Positions 9,943 to 21,233 are shown, counted from the first letter of the stretch. The stretch is DNA of 32,415 nucleotides from Chrysochromulina tobinii (GCA_001275005.1 JWZX01002386.1:1-32415), one strand, 5' to 3'. Numbers and translations: made by a program. Notes: generated from the letters alone by a model not told the origin.

Positions 9943-11082
9943 ATGCTGCACGGACTTCTTGTGCTCTGCACTCTTGCAAGCTTGCCTTCACCTTTACCTT
10001 CATTGCCGCCTCTTCGAACCACGTGCCTCAACTTCCCGCCAACACGATCATCTGGCAACATACTGATCACCGACCGACCATGTCCCTCGCCTCCACCACC
10101 GCGGCCACCACAGCCACCACCGCTGCCTGCATCGCTGCCGCAGCCCTCATCGTCGCCTCTCAGCACCGCTGCTCATCAGCCCTCGTCACCGACTTCGAAC
10201 CCAACTGGTACTGATCAGCCCTCACTGCCGCCATTCGCAACACTGCGGCGGCTTGGGCCTGATGCTGCGTTGCTCGATGCCCTCACCGAGCCGAAGGCGA
10301 GCAGGCTTGCCATATCGAGCACCGCCACCGTTGAGGTCAAGGAGCAGCACGCCCTGCCCCCGTCGAGTACGGGCCGAAGGTGGCCAGCCGTTATCGCCTT
10401 CGTGGCTCAGGTGAGCCTGAAATTGATATTGGGCATGGTCGTGGCCTTCGTGGGCATGGTGATTGCCTTTTGGCCGCGACTTGCGCCGCACGTTTTGCCA
10501 CCGCTCTGCCGCTGCTTCACGTGCCTCGTGCGTCCGTGTAGCCGTGATGAGGACGAGATGGGCGAGATTGGTATGGAGATTGATGAAATTGACATCGTTA
10601 CAGAGCCGCTGCCGAACGCATATCCAGCCAGAAATCAGAACGCTAGCGACGGTGTGGGCTGGCCCGTGGGCGTGTCAGTGGGCGGTAGCACGGCGGCGCG
10701 CGCGACTCAGCCAATGAACTCGAAGGTTGCGTCCCACGCGGTCCATGCTCTCAAAGCGCTCGAGGCAGTGCAGTCGACTGACCCTAACGCTTGCTGCGGT
10801 GAGGGCTGGGAGTCGGGCAGTCGCGTGGACTATTGTCGCGACATCAACGACATGGTCAGCGCAAAGCTCAGCAAGATACGATGCGAGCACCAGATCTCGA
10901 GGAGCAACTCGGGCTCGGCGAGCGCAGGAGTCCTCGTCCTCACACGAGCAGCCCTCGACGCGAACAAGGGTGCTAGAAGTGCTAACCGTACGGATAGCTC
11001 GAGCAAGACCTCGCGCTCGGAGTGCACAGCGAATTACTCGGCGCTTCCCAAGCTTGGACTGATTGAAACAGGTTTGGACTGA
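9943..11082 (+). CDS. Pro/Ser-rich single-pass membrane protein
   Basis: Hydrophobic N-terminus from MLHGLL, a poly-Pro tract, a hydrophobic segment (VIAFVAQVSLKLILGMVVAFVGMVIAFW) and a Cys-rich juxtamembrane region. Confidence 0.55.
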   Translation: MLHGLLVLCTLASLPSPLPSLPPLRTTCLNFPPTRSSGNILITDRPCPSPPPPRPPQPPPLPASLPQPSSSPLSTAAHQPSSPTSNPTGTDQPSLPPFATLRRLGPDAALLDALTEPKASRLAISSTATVEVKEQHALPPSSTGRRWPAVIAFVAQVSLKLILGMVVAFVGMVIAFWPRLAPHVLPPLCRCFTCLVRPCSRDEDEMGEIGMEIDEIDIVTEPLPNAYPARNQNASDGVGWPVGVSVGGSTAARATQPMNSKVASHAVHALKALEAVQSTDPNACCGEGWESGSRVDYCRDINDMVSAKLSKIRCEHQISRSNSGSASAGVLVLTRAALDANKGARSANRTDSSSKTSRSECTANYSALPKLGLIETGLD

Positions 11083-11205
11083 TTGAAACCACTCACTTCA
11101 TTTTTCTGAAACCGCGCATGCATCTTGCACGATAGCGTAACTGTCATATGAAGCGGGGCACAAGTTTGGAGACGAGATTGGCCGCAACCGCGCGGGCTGC
11201 TGGCA

Positions 11206-14200
11206 ATGCCTCCGAGCACCTGGGTTGTCGCTGCTGGCGCTCCTCGCCCGCCGAATAGTGGCGCTCCTTACCAAAACACCGTTGGTGTGGTTGCATCGAT
11301 TGCCTACAAGCCGAAATTCAAAGCAAGCCCTGCACTCCACGTTGCTGTGAGTTGGCCTCCAAGCAAGCTGCCAAAGGTGAAAGCTTACCGTTCTGGTCAG
11401 TTCGCTCCTGATGATGTCGACTCGCTTGACTCGCTTGGCTCGCACGAGGCTTCGACGAAAGTCTCCAAGCAGCCACCCAACATGTTGAGTCCTCAATCCA
11501 CGAGCATGAGAAGAAGTGCAAAGGTTAAGCCAACGGCCACAAGCGCGACCGCTGCAGCGACGACTGCGGCCACGGGTTCGAGCTCAGGAGGCACAGCAGT
11601 AGCCCTGAACGGCTCCTCGCCAGTGCCTCCCCGGCGGGGATCATCGTCGATGACCCACAAGGGGCGGCCCTCGCCCACGACTGCTACGCCGATGGCCTCG
11701 TCCGCAAACTCCATGCTCGGCACGGTGCTTGTGCTCGGCTCGAGCAAGTCAGACCCTCGCCAAGATCCTGCTGGCTCAGCAGGTGCGGCAGGCGCGAGCA
11801 TGCAGCTCACAGACAACTCCACTACTGCTACTGCTGCATTGGCGGCAGACGCTGGAACGGCAGACGCTGGAACGGCAGCACCAAAAGAGGTGCGGCCTAG
11901 CGTGCGGCAGCGAGACAGCCGAATGAGCCGAGACAACGCGCAGAGCTTCAAACGGCCGAAAGGCAGGCCTTCCCTGACGTCCCCGTCGCCGTCCTTGGCC
12001 GAGGCGGTGCCGGATGGATCTGTACGCGTCCACTTTCGATTCGGAGTCGTCGAGCAGAAGCGTGGTTTCGGCGGCGTTTGGCCGTTCGGGCAGAGTGTCG
12101 TAGCGGTAGCGCACCTGGTGCCACGGGAGCTCCAATTTGAGTTCCTCACGGGCGCTTGGCCCAAGCCGCCCGTGGAGATGCACTCTCCGGTGGTGACCGA
12201 GGACGATGCTGAGATGAAGCTGAAAGAGGTGCTAGCGAGCGAGGAAGACATCGAGCATCCCTCCTCAGAGGCTCACGGCGGAGCAATGTCGTCGATCATC
12301 AGCGGTTCAGCCTCATCTTCCATCGACGACCCGCGAGCACGGGATGCTGTCATGACGGTGCTAGCAACGCCAGTGCGGAGCCGCTTGCGCATGCCCGAGG
12401 GTGGCGACCCCAATGTAGCACAGATACCCGTCGAACTAGCCTATCGGATGCAGACGCCCAATCGGCAGCTTGCCATCTCAAAGGCGCCCTCGGAGCTGCC
12501 CGCGCGGCCGAAGCTGCCAGGCATTCTCGGCTTCCGAGGTCTCGCCCAGGTGCTGCTCGATCACGGCGTGCGCTCTGCTGACCTGTACACGGCCACGACA
12601 AAACTCGAGCTCTTTGCCATTGCAAAGGTGCAAGGAGTCGACCTGAGCGTGGACCAGCGCGATTCCACAACCGAGCCCAACCCGAGGCACGCGCCCAGCG
12701 AGGCGGGCGCACCCTTGAGACCATCCTCCGTGCTTCCGGGAGCCTCAAGGGCATTCCAATACAACCAAGGGCAATCGAGGGCACTCAAGAGCTCCGAGCT
12801 GCTTCCACAACGAGGGCAGGGCACATTGCAGGGCGCGAGCTTGCCTGGAGCGTCCAAGATCATCTCCTCGACGGAGCTCAAGCGCGAGAAGCGTGTCGCC
12901 CGCTTTCGGCTGCATCAGCAGCTCGCTGCGCACGACGTGTATCTTCGGCAGCAGGCGGCGGTGGAGGCAGCCACGGTCCTTCAGGCTATGTGGCGTGCGA
13001 GGCTAGCGCGTCGACGGGTGCGCCAGCTGCGCCGAGCTCGGAAGGCGTACTTGCGAAGCCTTCAGATCCAGAGCGCACTCAAGCTGCAGGCCAGCTGGCG
13101 GCGGCGCCAGAAGCGGAAGACGGAGCCATCCTTCGCGGACATTGTGCTCATGCTCAAGCGAGCTCGCACGCGCGCTCTCGTCTCCTCGCTGATTAATGAC
13201 CTCATCACTGAGAGTGTGCTCAAAGTGCGACGATCACAGATGATGCTCCGTGTTGAGCACATGCTGGGGGGCGCCGACGCGCAACCGGCACGGCACGCGC
13301 CTCGCAGCTCGACTCCTGGCGCGAAGATGCCCTCGGCCTTCACAGCGGGAGCTATGCCTTCACAGCTGGTGCCATCACGGCGAGAGCCTCATCGCACACC
13401 GCCGCCGCTGCCGAAGGCGAGTGTGGTGAGAGGAAGAGCCTCGGATCCCGGTGTATCGTCCGTGGGCACCACATGGCATCGAGGCACTCTTGCCTACATC
13501 ACTAAGGGAGCGGAGGATGCGATTCTACCTGCCAAGGGAACGCATGCGCACGACGCTCCTCGGTTCGACTCATCGCCAGCTCCCTCGCAGCCCCAGTCAC
13601 CAGTTCCACAGAAGCCCGCACCGCCGTTGCCGCCGCCGCTGCTGCCCCTCGCTCGTGTCTCGCTGCCGCTGCCCGCAGCGGAAGCGCCCGGTGCGGCGCC
13701 AGTCGGTCTGGGAGCCGTTGCGCCGATTCACTCGAAGCCCTCGATAAGAGCAGCACAGGGAGATTCTCCCAGTGTCGTTTCGACGCCGTTGAGCGCTGCG
13801 TTGAGCGCTGCGTCGAGCGCTGCAGATGGACCCGCAGAACACGATCAGGTGCGGCTAGGCGGTGACGAGAAGCAGCGGCTAAGGGCGACAGCAAGTTTAT
13901 GGCTGGACTTCCTTGGGGCCCATCCGTCCATCGACAGCCGCCTTGAGACAGGGACGCCGAGTTGGAATGACGTGGTCACATGGGCGATGTGGCTCTTCTC
14001 CCGTCGCCGCCCCAAGCTGCAAGGCGGTGCTCAAGGCGGCGCCCAAGGCGGCACCCCCCCACGCATCGAACGTACGCAGCAGACCTCTCGAGAGATAAAG
14101 GATCTGGAGGGGGAGCTGAAGCTGCCAAGGCGCAGGAGGAGGAGCTGAATGAGATCCTCAAGCAGAATGAGCTCGCGCTCGACGAGGCGCACAAGCAGGA

Positions 14201-14804
14201 CAGCTTGGCAAGCTCGGACCTCATGAAGCGTTCGAATAGCGTGACGGCGGCGCAGAAGCAGAAGGCGCTCGACACGCTCTCGGTCGAGACGACCAAATTG
14301 GCTGCCACCAAGGCTCAGCTGGCGGCGGCAAGTCAGCGGGTGAATAGTCTTGTCGGGGCGCTCGAGAAGCAGGCGCTCATGGCCGAGGAGCTTGCAGACG
14401 GGATCCGGCGTGAGCCCACAAGGGCCGCCGTGACTACTGGCGTGGCGGCGACGGCCATTGCGGCCCGGCAAGACATCGAGCAGCACCTCAAACTCGCCAA
14501 AGCTCACGTGCTCAAGGCACTGTACCCTGGCATGCTCACGATGGCGCGAGGCGAGTGGCGACTGTACTGGGCGCGCATCCAGAAAGCATTCGAGCGATGC
14601 TTCACCCATAACGCTCGACAGGCATGGGCCGACGTGGCCGCCGCTGGCGCACGCTCACGGGCGATGCGTGAGGGGCTGAGCTCGGCGCGTCAGCAGCAGG
14701 CAGCTTCTTCGGCGATCAAGCTCATCTCGACAGAGCTGCAGCAGGCAGGCGGAGGTCTTACGGGCGAAGCTCGCTGGCGCCGCCCTTCCCCTCATGGCAG
14801 GTGA
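11206..14804 (+). CDS. Large low-complexity protein with two IQ motifs and a C-terminal coiled coil; apparent frameshift near 14122
   Basis: IQ-like motifs AATVLQAMWRARLARR and ALKLQASWRRRQKR. The coiled-coil text 'IKDLEGELK' continues as 'AKAQEEELNEILKQNE' in the overlapping ORF 13980..14804. Confidence 0.5.
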
Positions 14805-15197
14805 TAAAACGTGAGACGGCTGTACAGTGGGATCAAGCGTGAAGCGTAGGCGGCGTGTGGAGCTTGTGGTTAAGCATGTGGTTAAGTTAAATTGTTTCAC
14901 ACGCGTCGCAACCTCACTCCAAGTCCAACGCCATTGCCAGGACACGTCATGCAGGAAGTAGCGGCCGTTCATTCAACAGGTTCGTCAAGGATGTAAATTT
15001 CCCCTCGAGCTGGCATGTGCTGCGAGTCACGGTCTGCATACAGTCTCAATCGGTGCTGACTGCTGAGTGCTGTGTGCTGAGCGTGCACTGAAAACATGGA
15101 AATGTGTGACATGCAAGAAGCGGTCAAATACAGATTACAGTTCTCACATCTCAGCAGACGGCCTATCGCAGTGTTCTCAGACTTGTTGTGCGCATCC

Positions 15198-16103
15198 TCA
15201 TTCCATACCTCCTCCCGCGAGAAATCTCTCGTCCTCGTCGGCGGCGACCACGTTTGTCTGGTTCTTCTTGCCGCCCTTTTTGACCTTTTTCTTGCGTGCG
15301 GTGCGCTCGTCGACGAGTGAATCGTCCTTGGACCCCCGCTGCCCCACCGAACCGTGGCATGCACACCACACCAGCAGCATCAAGGAGACGAGTACCATCA
15401 CATACTGCATCCCAGCATACTTGGCGACGTTGGCCGCCAGTGCGGCAAGAGGAGCGCTGGGCGCCCTCGATGGTGGCGACGTTGGGTGCGGCACGCGGCG
15501 CACAGGGTGATTGGGCGACGGCGGTCGAGGCGATGGCGGCGGCGGCGGCGGAAGAGATGGCATCGGTGGCGGGATCATGGGCGGTGAAGGCATGAAGCAG
15601 GTCGTGAACGGTGCACGTGACGGTGTGCCGCGAGCATTGAAGCCAAATGTGGCGCGGCTAGGCGTGAAGACAAAGCGAGCATGCTGCCCAGCAGCACCGA
15701 CGAGCTCAAAAGACGCACCGTAAGAGGTTAGCACGGTCACTTCAGAAGCACGTCCAAAATCGACGAGCACACGACAGCGTTCGCATTCAACACTCTGCGC
15801 AATCTCCGCCCTGAAACCGTTCGAGTACGACAGGAGCTGGGAGTAGAGAATTTTGCAGCTGGTCGGGCTTCCGCTGCTGCCGGCTGCTTGATCACGAGCG
15901 GGAGCAGGCAATCGTGGTGGAGCACTCGGCGGCATGCACTCAGAGCACAATCGGCAGCGGCAGCGCCCGCAAACGGCGGTGATGGCACGTGCGAAGAGTT
16001 CTGCGCAGCCAAGCGCGCACATGGCGGTCGAGGCGTCGCCAGCATGACCGGATGAGCACGGCACGCTGCCGGGTGGCGACGCAGCGAGCGCGTAGGTCGG
16101 CAT
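15198..16103 (-). CDS. Cys-rich, Pro-rich membrane-anchored protein with possible CBM2-like beta domain
   Basis: Cys-rich N-terminus (CGRCRCRLCSEC), 'SYSNGFRAEI...VLVDFG' beta-domain, PPSP repeats, then a TM helix (YVMVLVSLMLLVWCAC) and a basic tail. Confidence 0.5.
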   Translation of the reverse strand: MPTYALAASPPGSVPCSSGHAGDASTAMCALGCAELFARAITAVCGRCRCRLCSECMPPSAPPRLPAPARDQAAGSSGSPTSCKILYSQLLSYSNGFRAEIAQSVECERCRVLVDFGRASEVTVLTSYGASFELVGAAGQHARFVFTPSRATFGFNARGTPSRAPFTTCFMPSPPMIPPPMPSLPPPPPPSPRPPSPNHPVRRVPHPTSPPSRAPSAPLAALAANVAKYAGMQYVMVLVSLMLLVWCACHGSVGQRGSKDDSLVDERTARKKKVKKGGKKNQTNVVAADEDERFLAGGGME

Positions 16104-16191
16104 GAGATCGATTCAGGGCGATCGTGCCGTGTTTGACATAGGAATCCTACACATGAACCTTGTGATGTCTCACAGAGGGGGCTGCCGAGAG

Positions 16192-16221
16192 GTGAGTGAG
16201 TGAGTGAGTGAGTGAGTGAGT
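16192..16221. repeat. (GAGT)n microsatellite
   Basis: About seven tandem GAGT units are visible directly. Confidence 0.95.
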
Positions 16222-16514
16222 GGCCCACACCTCACTCGCGCGTGCGCGCGGCCACCAACACCAACAACCCAGTCATCATACCCGTAATCATCACCCGTCC
16301 ACCCCCAGGCCAATTCATGCGGCCTTCATGCTATATCGATATGCTGCATGTAGAAGATCCCCAGTTACACCGATACCCGGGCTGGGCTGGTAAGGAGCTG
16401 CGAGGTTCACGCCGTCAATCCTAACCGGTAGACCAGCCGTCGAATGGACGGGAGGGTTCGATTACACGGGCGAGGAGACGCGCATGAGCGTGTTAATCCA
16501 TCGCGCCGCACGAA

Positions 16515-18100
16515 TTACGCACGAATAGCATAGCCATCAGGAGACGGCTCGTTTCGTAACACAGAGCGCATCGTTTTGAACGTTTGCTCGTCGGTAGCTT
16601 TCGTGAAGACGTCTGCGCACATAAATTTCGTACTGATCAAGTGCACCGTCACGATCAGCTGCAGGACTGCGTACTTGATAAGGACCGTAGCCCGCTCGAA
16701 GTGCCGTGTGCGGCTCGATGCGCCTTCCTTGGTCACCAGCTCAACCATCGCTGAGTTGTCCCCAAGCACCGCCGTTGGGCCGACGGCGCCGCGGGAGATG
16801 CCGACGAGCACCATGCGAACGAACATGACCGACTTCGTGGCGCGCGAGGCCTCAGCCGTTTCGGCGTGGGCCGTGCTGTCAGTGACAACCTTGAGCGTCT
16901 TCGCGGACCAAAGGACAGCACCGTTGCATCGCATAACCACATGGCCGCCATGGGGTCGCGCCTTCGTGCCCCATGAGCTGTCAGTGGCCACGTAGAGGCC
17001 TCGAGACTCGCTGAAGTTGGCTGGGAACGTCTCGAGCCCAAAGGGAACCTTGAGCTCTCCGCCAAAGGTGATGCCTTTATCGGGGTCCGAGAACAGGTAA
17101 CCCATGGCGTAGGCGAGCGCGTCATGATGCGCTTGCGTAGGCGACTGCGAGAACTGCCCGAGGCTCGACGTGTAGAAGGACAGCTCGGGCCAGCACATGT
17201 TCGCGGGCCAGGAGATTTCGCCTAGCCGCGTGAGATATCCGGTGCGATCAACGGTCGTCTCCTCGGACCCGCGCCCCAGGTTCTCGAATGCTGTCCGCTG
17301 CGCCTTTGACTTGGGCGTTGGCATGTCGTGCGTCAGCATGCCCTTGTTGCGATCCATCAGCTTTCGGATGTACGTGCCCATCGAGATCGTGAGCGTACCG
17401 GCGTTCCGATCGCGGGCAATGTCCACGCCAGTGAACTTGGTGACGGGCCTGATAGTCTCTGGGCCGACGGAGTCGATGTTAATCAGCTTGGAGTACTCGA
17501 GGCGGATCTTGAGGTAGTCCTCCTGGCGCGCCTTGGGGAAGCCAGCGCCCACGTCGTCGGCAAACACGGCCGCGATGATCCCGAGGACCTCGTTGATGTA
17601 AAGGTTCGGCTCGACTGGATCGGCGTGCATGCCACACTTGTTCCAGGCGTGCTTGTTCTTCTGGAACCAGAGGTATGAGCCCTGCTTGATCCCTTCGAGC
17701 GCCTTATGCAGCAAGAGCACGCAGCCCTGGACGGCGAATCCAATGGGCATCTCGACGTGCAATTCGCGGTCTACGTCGGACTGCGTGAACGCCTTCACCG
17801 CATCGATGGAGTCCGTCTCGAGATCCTCGTCGGCGACGATTGAGCACCACAGTCTCAGGCAGCATCCGGAGAGCGTCGCCGCGTACGTCTTGTCGAAGTC
17901 CGCGCCTTCAATCTGAGAATAGCCGCAGCCTACGAAGCGGCACTTGATCGATTTTATCGATCCGTCCTTCTCGAACTTGAAGTCGATGCACCACTTGGAC
18001 TTCATCACGCGCATGCCTGGTTTGCGGGGCACGACGGAGAACGCCTTGTTTGCCAGCTTGCCCAGGATCTCAGCCTCCATGCCTTCGCGGATGAGTGGCC
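16515..18100 (-). CDS. pol: Copia reverse transcriptase + RNase H (3' part of pol)
   Basis: RT motifs KSKW, KCRFVGCGYSQIEGADFDKTYA, IDAVKAF, LHKALEGIKQG and VFADD. RNaseH motifs TDSSWG, STAHAE, GDNSA, RTRHF and ADVFTK. Truncated at 18100 by an inversion. Confidence 0.95.
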
Positions 18101-18829
18101 GCCTACCACTTCACTCACCCTGACGCTGGCGATGCCGACCTCGCATGGGCAAAGCCGCTCTTCTGCGACGTCACCGTGCACCTCGCGGCGCGTGATATGA
18201 AGACAAAGACAGGCCCAACCGGTGCCGACGGCTGCTTCCTTGGGCATGACTTCATACGCGGATGTGAGTTCGTGTATGTCCCAAGCCTGCGCCGGCTGAG
18301 CTCCTACGTGGTGACTACGTGGCGGACGAGCTCCTTCGAGATTTGCAAGCAGATCACGGTCGACACTCCTGTCGAGTATCACCAGATGGACGACCTGCGC
18401 TACAGCCCCGCGACGGCCGCTCTCCTCCCGAAGATCATGCGCGCCGCGCGGAAACCGGCCGTGGTGGCCATGACGGCCGAAAAAGAGGGAGCGCAAGATG
18501 GCCCGAGTGGCGACGCCGTATCTGCGGCGGGTGACGTCCTTCGTGCTGTGCTCGCGCGGCGTCTAGCAGTCAACGCCCAACATGTCGCAGATGGTGTGAA
18601 GGCGCTCGAAAAAGAGGGAGTGGCATCCTTCTCCGCCGAGGTACTGGCGGAGGTGCGCGCAGACGAAGATCGCGCGCTTGCCACCGCTGCTGCGCTCGCC
18701 GTTGCCTCGGCAGATGACGTGACGTTCGAGATCCGCATCCACGGCAACGCGATTGCCCACAAGGTAGCCGAGCAGTACGGTATCCCCAAGATCCACAACG
18801 TACAGCAAGCGATGGCGTCGCCTTACTGG
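18101..18829 (+). pseudogene. Inverted copia pol fragment: integrase C-terminal SH3-like region and INT-RT linker
   Basis: 'AYHF...DLAWAKPLFCDVTVHL...KTGPTGADGCFLGHD...VYVP' matches the copia post-integrase pattern (FGC..v...KL......g.FLGY). It ends 'QQAMASPYW', the motif that normally precedes RT. Confidence 0.85.
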
Positions 18830-19563
18830 ACTGGATCGGCTCGTGCGCGCGCGAGGCTGCGCGCGAGCTCGCCGAGCGTGCCGACATGGCGCTTGCCGAG
18901 GCCGAGCTCGCTGCCCGCGCCGAAGATGACGCCGACGACCAGGACGACCTCGCTGGGCTGCTTTCGGAGCTCGTCCTGACAGCGCCCGAGGCGCCCGCCC
19001 CGCCAGCGCCCGTGCCTGCTGCGACCCCAACGGGTCTCGAGATCCCGGGCCGCGTCATGCCCTCCGTCTTCTCGTCGGAGAGCTTTTACGCGAACGTCGC
19101 CAACGAGGTCGAGCTCCTCGGTCAGCTGCCGCAGCTCGTCGTGGGCCAGCCTGTGCCGGCGACCCTCGACGTCTTGCCGACGGCTGTCCTAGCACGCGTA
19201 GTCGGCCTCGCCGCCGACGCGGACCTGTTCGTACTCTGCGAGGTATCGCACGGCTTCCAGCTCGCCGTCCATGAGCACGTCGACAGCGTCTACGCGGACG
19301 AGGAGCGCGCTCGCAAAGGCTCCTGGGGCCCCCATGGAATCGACCAGTCAATCTGGCTTGGTTCTGACTCCTCGGCTACTGACACGGACGATGAGACCAT
19401 CGAGGCACTGCCTCGCCCGCGCAGCTACGGATACCTCAAGTTCCTCTGCGCGGTCACCGCCGTGTCGCTGCTCGCCTGGCTGATCTCCTGCGCCCTTGCC
19501 GTCCGTTCGACGATCGCCAGGGTGCTCGACGCGGCTACCGACGCCAGCGTCATGACGTTGCTC
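18829..19563 (+). pseudogene. Inverted coding segment with F-box-like motif and hydrophobic helix inside the copia element
   Basis: Open frame DWIGSCAREAARELAERADMAL... containing LDVLPTAVLARVVGLAADADLFVLCEVSHGF and YLKFLCAVTAVSLLAWLISCALAV. The right boundary is approximate. Confidence 0.55.
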
Positions 19564-20982
19564 AGGGCGCACACCGGGTCTGGCGCCGGGCGCGTTGCCG
19601 GGCAAGAACTTCCGGAAGGGGGTCGAGGCCGAGAAGCGCTTCGGCATCGGCTTGAACGGCGTGCGCTGGCCGCGAGGGGGCGGCCGCCGGCCGCCGACGC
19701 TCGCGCCGTACTTGGTCAGCCCGTTCTCCTCCTTGCGCTTGGCTGCGCTGGTGTGCAGGGCGATCAAGAACTGTGACGTCCTGAGCTTTTTGGGAGACGG
19801 GCACAGGCGCGCGGGGTGTCCAGCACCGCCGCAGTTGTGGCACAGCAGCTCGATAGACATTTGGTCATCGGCATCGAAGCAGAATTCGACGGAGAACTCG
19901 TCGCCGCCGTCGCCCTCGATGGAGGAGCGTGCGAGCTCGGCATGGCCAGCCAGACGCCAGTCCGACGTGGTCACCGTGCCACGCGTGAGCGAGTAGCCGG
20001 CCTCCGTGAGCTCGACGAGCGTGCGCGAGGGCGAGCCGCCGCGGACAAAGGGCGGGGGAGCAACGGGCGCACGCTCGGCGTCGGCGAGCAGGGAGAAAGC
20101 CTGGTCGCTGACGACGTTTAGGGTATGCCGCCGGCGAGCCTTGCCCGCCTGGCCTGTGGCCGCCGCAGGCGGTAGGGCGTTCGACTTAACGGCCGACTCC
20201 CACTGCCCTTGCCAGAACATGATGATGCCGTTGAAGTCTCGCGGCCGTGGGCCACCGGCGAGCGGTGCGGCGAGTTGGAACTGCCGCACGCCTGGCGTGC
20301 CCGGCACGCCCTCGATGGAGTCGAGCTCCTTCTTAGCCTCCAGCGCGAACATCTTCGACCCGTGCTCGATCATGGAGAGCAGCTTTTCGCACAGCTGGTC
20401 GTCGTTGAAGCGCCGCGCGACCGGGAAGTCAGCGTTCACGACGCGCAGCAGCTTGACCGAGTCGGTGACCGTGTTCACGGAGATCCCGACGTCGGTGATG
20501 ATCTCGATCTGCCAGAACGCGATGGTCATATCCTGCAGGTCGCCCGTCGTGGGCGGCTTGATGACCTGCTGCATGATCCAGTCGTACGTATCCGGGCCGT
20601 TCTGGAAGAATGACGACAGCGGGTCACCGATGAGGTCGAGCGTGGACTGGTCGTCGAGGTGCATGATGAGGAAGCTGAAGCTCTCCTTCAGGCGAGCCTT
20701 GCGAGCTTGCCTTCCAGCGATAGCACCAACTCCTGCTGGGCCGAGCGGAGCGCCTGGCGCCAGGACGGTACCTGCTGGCGCTGGCAAGATGATCGGCTGA
20801 CCATATGCGACGGCGTACGCGTCGACGCGTAGGAAGCAGTCGCTGATAGAGTATCCTTGCGTGTCAGTCTTGCCGCCATGCAGTAGCAGGTCCCTCTGGA
20901 ACCTCTTGCCTGCTGGCCCTGGCAGCATGTTAAATTGCGGAAACAGAATCTTGATGTCCACATTCTTGGTGGGCCTTGCCAT
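19560..20982 (-). CDS. gag: Copia gag (truncated at inversion breakpoint)
   Basis: ATG at 20982, 34 bp downstream of the PBS. CCHC zinc knuckle CHNCGGAGHPARLC is followed by a basic region. The lower boundary is approximate. Confidence 0.8.
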
Positions 20983-21016
20983 TGTTGCGGGAGAAGTAGA
21001 TGATGATCCGGGTGGC

Positions 21017-21034
21017 TTCCCGGCGGTTGCACCA
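21017..21034 (-). promoter_or_regulatory. Primer-binding site complementary to a tRNA 3' end (tRNA-Gly-like)
   Basis: Minus strand reads TGGTGCAACCGCCGGGAA, 3 nt after the LTR-terminal CA. Its complement TTCCCGGCGGTTGCACCA resembles eukaryotic tRNA-Gly(GCC) 3' ends (TTCCCGGCnnnTGCA-CCA). Confidence 0.75.
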
Positions 21035-21037
21035 CGT

Positions 21038-21233
21038 TGTCTTATTCACGATACGGCTCAATACCGCTCGCGCCTGCCTAGCGCGCCTCTTCGCACGGAG
21101 GCGGCCGAAAACCAGTGCTTGGTTTTACTCCGACCAACAAAGACACAAAATGACGAGACATGCCACAATGACGAACCGGAAAGACATCCAGTACAGCATG
21201 CATGTTCTCGTGATGACATGGTCAAGCACGACA
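21038..21233 (-). repeat. Single LTR (196 bp)
   Basis: Minus strand starts TGTC and ends GACA (terminal inverted 4-mer) and abuts the PBS. No second copy was seen in the window. Confidence 0.65.

Noticed and set aside
16104..16514. 3' LTR of the copia element
   Set aside because: No match to 21038-21233 was seen by eye.
18101..19563. Classical autointegration product
   Set aside because: Autointegration joins LTR ends to internal sites, and none of the internal breakpoints carries an LTR terminus.
19348..19776. Overlapping ends of ORFs 18886..19776 (+) and 19348..20982 (-) as a true antisense overlap
   Set aside because: Each frame simply reads through the inversion breakpoint near 19560 into the other's antisense strand.
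21006..21034. tRNA gene on the + strand
   Set aside because: Only the 3' end with encoded CCA is present, with no D or anticodon arm and no TTCG loop. It is better explained as a PBS.
21055..21066. Met-type PBS (minus strand GGTATTGAGCC)
   Set aside because: It is imperfect and not preceded by CA. A better 18-nt TGG-initiated PBS lies at 21017-21034.
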